A DNA stretch of 64,000 nt from the IMG/VR virus record IMGVR_UViG_3300042997_000442; one strand, written 5' to 3'. The stretch is from an uncultured virus (IMG/VR IMGVR_UViG_3300042997_000442). Taxonomy: Duplodnaviria > Heunggongvirae > Uroviricota > Caudoviricetes. The notes beneath the pieces were generated by a model that saw only the letters and a list, made by a program, of their open reading frames with translations, ran no database searches and had not been told where the DNA came from. Positions 37,801 to 46,497 of this stretch are shown here, piece after piece (position 1 is the first letter of the stretch; the number at the start of each line of letters is the position of its first letter). The position numbers and the translations under genes were made by a program.

Positions 37801-40800
37801 AAATAACCAAAGAAATCTTCTTGTGATATATCTGCTTTTTTCCAAACCTTTAATCTCCAACTCTTACCATCTTTTTTAATCTGCTCTTCTAATTGTTTTC
37901 CATTGGGACCAAGTACTGGTTCTCTAAATTCTTGGAAACGTTTATTCATAACGCTTAATGGTATAGCGTCATATAATATTTTCCAATTTTTATTTAAATA
38001 CGCAGCGTAACTTATAGATGCCCCAAAATCGCGATTTAAGACATTTCTAAGATCTGCACGTATGTTTTGTCGTATTTGTGTTTTGAATTCATTAGATGCA
38101 ATATCTCCGATTCGTCCACCTAAAGCTCTTATAGCTGTTTTGTTGATTTCTTCTAATATATCTGGAGATATGTTTAAAGCTTCAGAAAGTCTTTTCTTTT
38201 TAGCTTTTATCTCGTCAACGTATTCGTTTTCTTCTTCTTCTGATAACTGTTTAGCGCCTTCGTCTGATAAAGTATCTCCAAACACTCTTTCTTCTCCTGC
38301 TTTAGTTTTAATAGTACCTATGTTTTCTAATATACGAGGTATACGTTTTGGTAGATAACCACCAATATACGCTCCAAAATTAGGATTTTTAACTGGATCA
38401 TAGGTATTTAGCATATTAAAGAATTGTAATATCAACTCTTCTTTTAAATCGTCTTTAGTAAAAGCAGTTTCCTCTTGTTGGTAACTCCAGTATCTTTTAA
38501 CAAGATTTACTATAATACCCATATTATTACCCAAAAGATCCATTTTAACTTTTTCTCTAGATCTTGGATCAGTATTAATATCTTTAAATATTTTTAGTAA
38601 TGCAGCGTTTTTCTCTGATATTTTTTGATTCTTCTCAGATACACCAGCAATTAATTCACCTTCAGGTTTGTTTAATATATCATTAATAACCCTAACTCTC
38701 TCTATGTTTTTATTTATAATATCTTGGTCTTCTTGAGATTTTACTTGACCAGATTTATATTTAGAAGCTATATCAGTATTTACTTTTATTAACTCTCTTT
38801 TTTCAGTTTGTAAATTAAGTCTATTAAACGCTAAAGAAGCTTTTGTACTAACGCCATTAATTATATTGTTTATTCTAGTTTCAGTGCTTTTAACAGTTTC
38901 TAGATTCAATGCCTCGTTAAAAGACTGCATCATAGGATTTTTTTCAGATGCTCTTTCTTCTATAACATCTTTAGCATATTCTATATTTTGATATATAACT
39001 CCTATGTTCTCATTAGATAATTGTCCCCAATAATCTTCTACACTATTATATAGATCTTCTAACAGATCATTAGATTCATCTATTGATAGTTTTCTTTTTT
39101 TATTTTCAGTTATATATGTAGAAACTAATGTTAAAGAAGGTTTTACAGTTATATCTTTAGATATAGTATTCAATTTAACTTCTAAACTTTTTAATGTTTC
39201 TAAATTTAAACTATCATTTAAAGATTTCATTATAGAACTAGAATCTTTAGATCTATCTTCTATTATTTTTCCAGCTTCTTCAATAGCTTGATACATTGAG
39301 TTTATTTTACCATCAGATACTTTACCCCAATAATTCTCTATATCTTTGTTTAATTCATATAACAAATCATTAGATATATCTACTGATAATCCTCTAGGTT
39401 TATTTTCTAATACATATTTAGAAACATTGTCTAAAGAAGGTTTTGTAGTAGGTTTTGTTGTTGCGGTTGGTTTTTTAACTAACTTACCTTCAATAAAACC
39501 TTTTTCCAATGATGCTTTTACTCCTTTAGATAATTCACCTTTTCTGAAAGTTCTTCTATATTCTTTTATAAAGTCATAAACGTCTTTACCAGTATCAAAT
39601 TTAACTATGTCATCTACATTTTGTATTTTTAATACTTTTCTTAAAAACTCTTTTATCTTTTCCCCTAATCTTTGTAAAAAAGTAGGGTCCATAGATTCCA
39701 TGCCAATATTATACTTTTGTAATGCGTCACCAACTACTTGTATTAATTCATCATAAGCATAATCTTGTTTTGTATCAACTGCGTGTTGTTGGTAAGCTTT
39801 CACACCTGCTAGTATGTATTCTAACGCATCCTTTTCGTTTTGACGTGTAGATTTACCAAATAATGTTTTAACATGATCTAATAATGCGTCGTGTATATCT
39901 TTATAATCTTCTGGGTTTTTACTTACTAATCTATCAAATATAGAATGACCTGGTTCATGAGCAAACACGCCTTCGCCTTCTATTCTTTCTTTTATATTGT
40001 ATATATAGTCAGTTCCGTTAATATTTGTTATGGCTGCTTCTGAAGATTTTATAGTCTGTACAAATGTTGCTTTTTGTGCTTTAGCTTTTGCTTCTGTTAA
40101 TTCTCCAGCTTCTACTAGTTTATCTACTAATTTGTTGTGTTGTTCTATAGCTTCTTCTATCGTATTAACATTGGTAACTTCAATGCCAGATAAACCTTTA
40201 CTTTTTAACACTTCGTTAATAGCACCAACACCCTTTGCTTGTGTTGTCATCATACTATTAATAGCAATGTTATTTTGTTTTTCTCTTATTTGTTTTAATT
40301 CTTCTTTCTTAGTTAATACCTCAGCACCATCTTTACCTTCTATTTCTCTTTCTAGATTTTTAGCTTTAACTTCTAAATCGTATAGATCTCTTTTTTCTTG
40401 TACTGTATAATTACCATCTAGTTTAGATAGTATTTTTGTTTCTTGTACAAGTTTGTTTAACTCTCTTTTTTTAGAGTCATGCGTTTCTTTAAGATCTTTT
40501 ATTAATTGGTCTTTATTACTAGAGTCGCTATTATATATATTAGTAGCTTGCATTTTAAGATCCGCAAGTTCCTTACTTAAGTTTATTACTTTGTCATAAT
40601 CAGAAGGAGGCATGTCACCTATTCTTTTAATTAGACCTTTCATTATTTCAGAGCTATTATCTGTAAGATCTTTTATTTTCTTTTCTATAACAGTTGACTC
40701 TTCAAAAGACAAACTGTTATCTTTTAAAAGATTCATGTACTTTGCTATTTTTAAAGCATTGTCTTTTATAGTTAACGTTTCGTCTTTTGGTAAAAAAGGT

Positions 40801-42818
40801 TTTACAGCAGCGCCAATTATATGAGGAGAAGACTGTAGCATACCAGTCAATAAAGCGGTATCTTTAAATACTCTACCAGTATTATCTAATAAACCTACAT
40901 TTTGACCAAGTATGAATTTATTTACTGAGTTTTGAATTAAGTTAGTTGCCTGCTCTGAAATATTTTCATTCAAGAAATCTACGCCTTTGTCTTTGAAGAA
41001 ATCTATTGATCTTTGTTTCAATGTCTTTTGTACGAAGTTAGTGTCTCCTTTTAATAAAGCATCTAACGTTCTACCTGAACCTTTTAATATATCAACTGTT
41101 ACTTTTTCACCTAAAGCTTCTGCGTATCCCCAAAGTAACGATGAAGCAACCATTTGTATAGGATTATAATTAGTTTCACCTATATCATTTGATCTAACGT
41201 TTTCTAAGTATTTTCCACCAGCACTACCAGCGGCCATCAATTGAAGACCTGGATCTAATGCCATTTTGTTCATTGTCCAACTAGCGGCTTTTTTTAAAGT
41301 AGATTTAGCTGTTTGTTCAACAACTGTTTTACCAACAACTTCTGCGGCAACAGTTCTAGCTGCCGCGGAACCACCACCAGATAAAACCATTAATGTAAGG
41401 TTTGGTATTTGATTTGCTAGTAAGTCAAATGAATATTCTCCAAGACTTTCTGCGTTTGTTATCTCTACAGTTTTTTGAAAATAATTATCCCAAAAATCTT
41501 CACTATATTGATTATATCTTGCTATTGATTTAGTTGTGTCAGAAACGTATTCGAAATCGTCATCTCCAATTGTTTTAGAATACAAGTATCTAGCAGGCAT
41601 AGTTGTATAATCTGCTACCAAAGAAGCAAACCCAAGTCCTTGAACAAATAAAGATTTAAAAGCCGCCGCTGGTTTTAATACCAAATTTCCAGCACCATAG
41701 TGTCTTTTAAAAACATCAAATTCTTGTTCTGCTGTTTGTAAATCTTCTTGTGATTTATCTAAGTTCTTTAAGTTTTCTTCTTGTGCAGATTGTAATCCTA
41801 CTACAGTATTACGTAGATCATTAAAGTAATTAAATTTTGATTTGTATTCTTCGTATTCTTCCTTACTTTTAAATTTGTAATCTTTAGTATATTGTTTTAA
41901 AGCGTCTTGTGCTTCTTGAAGTCTAGGTATTGCTGCCTTTACATTTCTATCGAATCGTTGATTTAATAATGCTTTATAGTTTACTTGTTTAGCAGCGTTA
42001 ATAGAAGCTTCTTCAGATGCTTTTTTTAACTCTGCTTGTTCTTCTTCAGTTGCATCTTCCATGAAATCTTTAGCATTTGTATCATATATAGAAGTTATCT
42101 TTTTCTTTCTATATTTTTCAACAGCTAATTTACGTATCGCATCATCATTGTATTTGTCTAATATTTGACTTTTCTTTAACTCTGCTATTACTTCTGCTTT
42201 TTCATTTGAAAATGCTTTATATTTACTTTTAACAGCGTAAGGTGCTTGGAATTCGTTTTTAGGATATACCATTGTTTCCTCTTCCTTACCATCCTTATCT
42301 AATTCGCTTTTAATTTCTAACTCTAATTGTGATAACTGCTCTTCTTTAGGTTTAGTATATTCTAAAAATCTAGAATGTGCTTCAGACTTTTTTCTAAGTC
42401 TTTCTGCAGAGGCAGCATTTCTAGCTTCCATTTTAGCTTGATCAAGAACTTGCTGATTTTTTAAAGCTTTATTTTTTTCAACTTGTTGTTTTTTAAACTC
42501 TGGTGATTGTCCATATTCTTTAAAACCTGGTGTTTTACCAGTAAGTTGTGCTCCAAAGTCATTAACACCCGGAATTAACGATACCGAAGAACCAGTCACC
42601 TTTTTGGATGCCCCATTTTTTTGACCTGCTACTACAGCACCCTTTGCAGCAACAGTCTTCTTCTTTCCCGGCACCACTGGAATATCTTCTTGATCATTAC
42701 CTTGTTCTTTTATACCAAACTGCTTAACTGCATTTTGAACTCCAGTATCATCTCCGTATGCTTCAAGCATATCTTCGTATGTAAATATTTCTCCGTTATA
42801 TTCGTATGTTTTAGGCAT
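34836..42818 (-). CDS. Giant internal virion/ejection polyprotein with zincin motif, tandem 100-aa repeat and sigma-70 region-2-like domain
   Basis: Last and largest of three ejection-type genes; HEPGH at 39945-39959; sigma-like segment ~38325-38570. Confidence 0.75.
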   Translation of the reverse strand: MPKTYEYNGEIFTYEDMLEAYGDDTGVQNAVKQFGIKEQGNDQEDIPVVPGKKKTVAAKGAVVAGQKNGASKKVTGSSVSLIPGVNDFGAQLTGKTPGFKEYGQSPEFKKQQVEKNKALKNQQVLDQAKMEARNAASAERLRKKSEAHSRFLEYTKPKEEQLSQLELEIKSELDKDGKEEETMVYPKNEFQAPYAVKSKYKAFSNEKAEVIAELKKSQILDKYNDDAIRKLAVEKYRKKKITSIYDTNAKDFMEDATEEEQAELKKASEEASINAAKQVNYKALLNQRFDRNVKAAIPRLQEAQDALKQYTKDYKFKSKEEYEEYKSKFNYFNDLRNTVVGLQSAQEENLKNLDKSQEDLQTAEQEFDVFKRHYGAGNLVLKPAAAFKSLFVQGLGFASLVADYTTMPARYLYSKTIGDDDFEYVSDTTKSIARYNQYSEDFWDNYFQKTVEITNAESLGEYSFDLLANQIPNLTLMVLSGGGSAAARTVAAEVVGKTVVEQTAKSTLKKAASWTMNKMALDPGLQLMAAGSAGGKYLENVRSNDIGETNYNPIQMVASSLLWGYAEALGEKVTVDILKGSGRTLDALLKGDTNFVQKTLKQRSIDFFKDKGVDFLNENISEQATNLIQNSVNKFILGQNVGLLDNTGRVFKDTALLTGMLQSSPHIIGAAVKPFLPKDETLTIKDNALKIAKYMNLLKDNSLSFEESTVIEKKIKDLTDNSSEIMKGLIKRIGDMPPSDYDKVINLSKELADLKMQATNIYNSDSSNKDQLIKDLKETHDSKKRELNKLVQETKILSKLDGNYTVQEKRDLYDLEVKAKNLEREIEGKDGAEVLTKKEELKQIREKQNNIAINSMMTTQAKGVGAINEVLKSKGLSGIEVTNVNTIEEAIEQHNKLVDKLVEAGELTEAKAKAQKATFVQTIKSSEAAITNINGTDYIYNIKERIEGEGVFAHEPGHSIFDRLVSKNPEDYKDIHDALLDHVKTLFGKSTRQNEKDALEYILAGVKAYQQHAVDTKQDYAYDELIQVVGDALQKYNIGMESMDPTFLQRLGEKIKEFLRKVLKIQNVDDIVKFDTGKDVYDFIKEYRRTFRKGELSKGVKASLEKGFIEGKLVKKPTATTKPTTKPSLDNVSKYVLENKPRGLSVDISNDLLYELNKDIENYWGKVSDGKINSMYQAIEEAGKIIEDRSKDSSSIMKSLNDSLNLETLKSLEVKLNTISKDITVKPSLTLVSTYITENKKRKLSIDESNDLLEDLYNSVEDYWGQLSNENIGVIYQNIEYAKDVIEERASEKNPMMQSFNEALNLETVKSTETRINNIINGVSTKASLAFNRLNLQTEKRELIKVNTDIASKYKSGQVKSQEDQDIINKNIERVRVINDILNKPEGELIAGVSEKNQKISEKNAALLKIFKDINTDPRSREKVKMDLLGNNMGIIVNLVKRYWSYQQEETAFTKDDLKEELILQFFNMLNTYDPVKNPNFGAYIGGYLPKRIPRILENIGTIKTKAGEERVFGDTLSDEGAKQLSEEEENEYVDEIKAKKKRLSEALNISPDILEEINKTAIRALGGRIGDIASNEFKTQIRQNIRADLRNVLNRDFGASISYAAYLNKNWKILYDAIPLSVMNKRFQEFREPVLGPNGKQLEEQIKKDGKSWRLKVWKKADISQEDFFGYFVGQYVGKSTQGTRKTALLETIAEELSFDVMIDLFTNNEEFKANFEEKQELLGNELAPNYLSEIAKQLDRDTPNTKPSLWGKKFLEDNNLSKEQGINILENISNDLSKGKEAESVFNKFRKLFPEFTEFIDYFYNKVKNYITQSKLYNNKQEARKYNEGLVEKYSSVNKDQIKNMNDEDLNEEIDNINTRQKSETPKTKAALSLNGRFNEILEEKSGIPAKKKLSEATAYVEGRGKGKWKFFIPPNTEDFVGLLYTFLPFGQKGERAMDFFQDNLIQPFYDAMNSYDKEKMQMVKDYKELKNIFNMKNSYLRSTIPNMNYTVDQAIRLWLWHLQGEDIQGIPEAELRKVIAFVRKNKELKLYAQELSKITKRKGGYVEYDRDWLGGTISTDIIDYLNSERRAHHLQIWQQNADEIFNSENLNKIQAIYGLNYRRALTSSLARMKSGKNRTPSGDAESSGWLDFINGANANIMFFNTRSALLQLTATINYIDMDINNPVAAGKAFANQPQFWKDFIMLWNEDYLVERRGGARFDVSADEIATQASGKNGFKKLLAKLNEAGFAPTKYADSISAALGGASFYRTHYNHYTNIGYSEEEAHLQSILEWAERTETTNQSARPDKVSQIQSTSIGRLIFAFGNTSMQYNRLMKRAFLDIANKRGDWKKNAGKIIYYGAINNMIFSFLQNALFTSIFGDDDDKDKSIYEDQALASTIDGILDSLLKGSGIYGAILSTGKNMWQKWYEMELSGRKNPYEVPLEALSISPAISSKVNKLVSANRTFIYKQETEKMKKEGFSIKNPAYGAAAKVLSVATNVPADRIFQKIENLRLASDSSLETWQRTMLLLGYNKYNLGIEEKSEPIDVLSKSDRKTFETYKDVEPTLTEEQYMKMKDLEPKVKPGRKNKKTWLNIFNPRLEQEMAKDPLTKAQRKTFEKYKAIEPTLTVKSFINMNNISIREGSNVEEFEKISQELEERKAQEEEILNMNVKNREE

Positions 42819-42831
42819 ATTATTTATTTAA

Positions 42832-44079
42832 TTATTTTGTAATTTTTACTGGAGCTTCTTTTATGTATCCTAGTTTAATATTAAGTCTTCTTATAGCTTG
42901 ATCAAGATCTTCACCTGGTTTAAATTTAAATATTGGTTTACCATTTTGGAATATACTTCCACTTGCTACATTTCCAATCAATGTTAATGCTGGGTCTATA
43001 ACTGTTAATTGAGATTGTGATCCATCCCATTCTTCTAACGCTTTAGCTTGTGATACACTAGAATAAACGTCTGTTTTAGGTTTAGTTGTTCTTGGTAATT
43101 TAGATGATTTAGGTTGCGGTATTGCTTTTCTACCAACTTCTCTACCTAAACCTTGGTTATATATATGTTCAGCGTACCAATCTTTAGCTTCTTCAAGTTG
43201 TTTAATATATGCTTCGTGAGTGGAAGGAGTATCTGGAATAAATACTTTTTCATCATCCATGTAATCTTCAACAATGCTCTCTAAATTAGCTGAAACAAAT
43301 CCGTTTAGATCATCATCTTGAACTAGCATTTTTTTAGCTTCATCTCTTTTATAAAAGTATCTTTCTATATTTCCACTTTTAACAACATCATAAGAATTAG
43401 AATCATGTAAATTAGCTTTTGCTAATTCTGCCATTGTTTTAGTCATTGTTTTTAAATCCGCTTTCTTATCGTAACTTAGTAAATCTGGATTATTTACGTA
43501 TTCTTCTAATGGTTTTTCAACTGCTTCAGTAACTTCTTTACCTTCAACAATATTAGGTACATATATCTTTATCATTGCTTTCCCATCATCACCAGCAACT
43601 ATAGTGGCTTTGCGGGCTTTAAAAGCTTCAATTCTTTTTTTCTTTTGTAAACCTTTTGCTGATTGACTTACAGCATCATCTTCACTATCTTTTTTATAAT
43701 TAACTATTGTAGTGGCTGTGTTTTTTTGAAACGCTTGGTATTGATTCAGATTATTCCATAAGTTTTGGCGTATTCTTCTATATTCGTCAGCATCTATTCT
43801 TTTACCAGCGTAGTTCTTTTCATTTTCGTAATACTTATCAACCATCATGCTAGCAACTTCATTCATATTATCTATGCTAGTTTCTTTTCTTCTTAAATCT
43901 AAAGATTGATTTTCGAAAGCATTAGTTCTATCTATAGCACCACTCTCTAATAGTAACTTATCTTGTTTCTTTTGTTCTCTAGCTAGATATTCAGCTTGCT
44001 GTATTCTTTGAATATTATCTCCAATGATTTTACCAACGTTCACCATAGGTGCTACCGTAGGATTATCGTATGCTCCCAT
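42832..44079 (-). CDS. Putative internal virion (ejection) protein
   Basis: Helical, charged 415 aa protein between the small and giant ejection-like genes. Confidence 0.55.
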   Translation of the reverse strand: MGAYDNPTVAPMVNVGKIIGDNIQRIQQAEYLAREQKKQDKLLLESGAIDRTNAFENQSLDLRRKETSIDNMNEVASMMVDKYYENEKNYAGKRIDADEYRRIRQNLWNNLNQYQAFQKNTATTIVNYKKDSEDDAVSQSAKGLQKKKRIEAFKARKATIVAGDDGKAMIKIYVPNIVEGKEVTEAVEKPLEEYVNNPDLLSYDKKADLKTMTKTMAELAKANLHDSNSYDVVKSGNIERYFYKRDEAKKMLVQDDDLNGFVSANLESIVEDYMDDEKVFIPDTPSTHEAYIKQLEEAKDWYAEHIYNQGLGREVGRKAIPQPKSSKLPRTTKPKTDVYSSVSQAKALEEWDGSQSQLTVIDPALTLIGNVASGSIFQNGKPIFKFKPGEDLDQAIRRLNIKLGYIKEAPVKITK

Positions 44080-44093
44080 ATATTATTTTGTTA

Positions 44094-44645
44094 TTAAGAT
44101 TCTTTAGCGTAAGCTGCTGAGATACCAGAACCTATACTCATTACTCCACTAGTTATTCCAGACCACATATCTGATGATGCTTGTGCTTTTTGAGCAGCAT
44201 ATTGTTGTTGCATTCCTGCATATCTATTAATATCGGTAATATTTCTAGTTTCTTTACCTTCCCATTGGATTTGTCTACCTTTTGCTTCTAGTATTCTATT
44301 TTGCTCTTCTTGAGTTCTAATATTTTGACCAACATTTTGTTTACTTGTTAAAGCTGCTTGAGCTACAGCAGTTGCTCCACCAGCACCCATACCACCTTGT
44401 AACATAGCGTCTAATGAGTTTGCTAATGCTTGATCTGATTGTTGAGCTTCAAATTCTGCGGTTTTAGTATCTACAGATAAGTTTCCATAAGGATTTATAA
44501 CATCTTGTCTTTCTGACAATGCTTTATTTAACTTTGCTTGTGCTGACCTTTCGTTTCTAGCTGCTTTATCTTTAGCATCGATACTACCAGCAACACTAGC
44601 TATTGCTCCGACTCCACCTATAATTGCTCCTGTTACTGCTGCCAT
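44094..44645 (-). CDS. Putative small internal virion/ejection protein
   Basis: Ala/Gly/Gln-rich with hydrophobic Gly-rich ends, resembling T7 gp14-type proteins. Confidence 0.6.
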   Translation of the reverse strand: MAAVTGAIIGGVGAIASVAGSIDAKDKAARNERSAQAKLNKALSERQDVINPYGNLSVDTKTAEFEAQQSDQALANSLDAMLQGGMGAGGATAVAQAALTSKQNVGQNIRTQEEQNRILEAKGRQIQWEGKETRNITDINRYAGMQQQYAAQKAQASSDMWSGITSGVMSIGSGISAAYAKES

Positions 44646-44646
44646 A

Positions 44647-45054
44647 TTATAATGTTTTTACTAATTCGTGTGATTTTGTTTTGTCTATTATATAACCTAA
44701 TTCTTCGTGTATTTTTAACAATGTAGAATTTCTAGTTATAGAAAAAACATATTTATAACCTGCATTTTTAATTACATGTTCCATACCGTTAATTAAGAGC
44801 TTAATAGCGTCTTTTCTATCTTTATCTTTGTATTCTGGATTAGATATTACCCAATCAAAAAAAACAGTCTTAGAATTGCTTAGATAAACAAATCCGGCAA
44901 CTATTGGTATATTGTCTTTTTCAACTATAAATCCTCCGGTTCCGTCTTTTGGTAATGAATCTTTAGAAGGAGCAGTCCAACCTCTCCAACCATTCCACCA
45001 GGATACTAAAGTGTCCCAGTCAGATTCTTGTAAATTTCTGATAGTTAATTCCAT
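44647..45054 (-). CDS. GNAT-fold acetyltransferase-like protein
   Basis: IRNL..SDW, GFIVE, ISNPEY, HEELGY; position analogous to T7 gp13. Confidence 0.55.
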   Translation of the reverse strand: MELTIRNLQESDWDTLVSWWNGWRGWTAPSKDSLPKDGTGGFIVEKDNIPIVAGFVYLSNSKTVFFDWVISNPEYKDKDRKDAIKLLINGMEHVIKNAGYKYVFSITRNSTLLKIHEELGYIIDKTKSHELVKTL

Positions 45055-45072
45055 TTTATTTGATTTAATTAT

Positions 45073-45116
45073 ATGACAATAGGCCGTTATTAATATATAT
45101 AATGGCCTAATGTCAT
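45073..45116. promoter_or_regulatory. Inverted-repeat site copy 4
   Basis: ATGACAATAGGCCGTTAT-N8-ATAATGGCCTAATGTCAT. Confidence 0.75.
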
Positions 45117-45122
45117 GTTAGT

Positions 45123-46481
45123 TTAATACGATGAAATTTCGTACGTATGTGATACAGAAAATAATTTTTGGAATTGATTACTAGTATTTGTCATTGTTAC
45201 AATCGAATAAACTCCTTTTATACCACCAATTTGTTCTCCGTATATAACTTCATTATTAGAAGAAGTTGTGTTGTTTTTTATCCAAGAAAAATATTTATTT
45301 TCAAATTTATCAAATCCAACTTTATACGGTATTCCTGTATTTGGATCTACATAATCAGTTGCTGTATAAGCAGGTATTGGATATGCTTTATCTTTATCTG
45401 TAATAGAACTTGTCATTATCCAATCACTTGTTCCTTCGTAATTTATAGCTTTAAACGTCTTTATTGCAGAAGGATTTTCATTTACAATAAATGTAACACT
45501 TGAACCATATTGAGTTCCATAGAATAAACATCTACTATTATCATCATGATGTGACCATAGATCTCCAGTATTTTCTTGAAAAGTATAAAACTTAGAATTT
45601 AAACTGCAACCAAATATAGGATTAAAAGACATAAAACTAGTCCAACCATTTAATTCATAGTCAAACGATATTGTTCTAAACTCACTGTAACTTTGAGTTT
45701 CGTTTGAAGGTGGATCGATAATGATTTTAGGGTTATCACCAAAATACTTTATTTTAGCCTCGTTTGAAAATTTATCATTAAACAAAAACATATTAATATG
45801 CATATTTACTATATAAGACTTAGTAGTAACGTCAAACATACCATATATATTAGAAGCGTATTTTAACTTTTCTTCAAAATAACCACGCATACCATAATCT
45901 GATATTTCAGTAATACCGTCTTGAGATAATCTAAGAACTAATCCTCTAGATCTATCTGTAAAATATTTTTGTCTACCAAAAACAGCAAATGATTCTGGGT
46001 TTTTACTTATACCATATCTACCGGTGTAAGGTATTGCTTCGCCTAATACTGATTTAGACGATGTTAATGAAGCACCTCCACTAGCTGAAAACACAGCATC
46101 TTTATCAATTAAAACAGAAGTTGCTTTATCTTCTTGCAAAACAAGCATATTTGTTTCTTCTGAATATAATTTCTGAATAGAACCATTAGCTCTATCAAGT
46201 TGCTTAGTTATATTTTCACCTATAGAATATTGATTAGTATTATTTACACTAGTCTTAGAATTATATATACCAGAATGTATAAGTCCATTTTCAACTATTT
46301 GTTCATTATAATTTTCATCTATAGAGTAAGCTCTAACTCCAAAGTCTACAGTAGTATTATTATAACCACCTTTTATTCTAGACTCTTCTACATGCCAATT
46401 TTCTTGTTGAGCACTACAGTTATTTGTTATTATAAAGGTATTAAAATATTTTATCGGTAATTTATAGTAAGTTGCTGGCAT
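45123..46481 (-). CDS. Tail stabilisation/nozzle-like protein
   Basis: Beta-propeller-like; YGISKNPESF, YFTD..RG.VLRLS.DG, GWTSF. Confidence 0.65.
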   Translation of the reverse strand: MPATYYKLPIKYFNTFIITNNCSAQQENWHVEESRIKGGYNNTTVDFGVRAYSIDENYNEQIVENGLIHSGIYNSKTSVNNTNQYSIGENITKQLDRANGSIQKLYSEETNMLVLQEDKATSVLIDKDAVFSASGGASLTSSKSVLGEAIPYTGRYGISKNPESFAVFGRQKYFTDRSRGLVLRLSQDGITEISDYGMRGYFEEKLKYASNIYGMFDVTTKSYIVNMHINMFLFNDKFSNEAKIKYFGDNPKIIIDPPSNETQSYSEFRTISFDYELNGWTSFMSFNPIFGCSLNSKFYTFQENTGDLWSHHDDNSRCLFYGTQYGSSVTFIVNENPSAIKTFKAINYEGTSDWIMTSSITDKDKAYPIPAYTATDYVDPNTGIPYKVGFDKFENKYFSWIKNNTTSSNNEVIYGEQIGGIKGVYSIVTMTNTSNQFQKLFSVSHTYEISSY

Positions 46482-46497
46482 ATTTTATATTTATATA

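Noticed and set aside
34836..42818. Virion RNA polymerase as in N4 or crAss-like phages
   Set aside because: No DxDGD/DFDxD catalytic motif or single-subunit RNAP motifs seen
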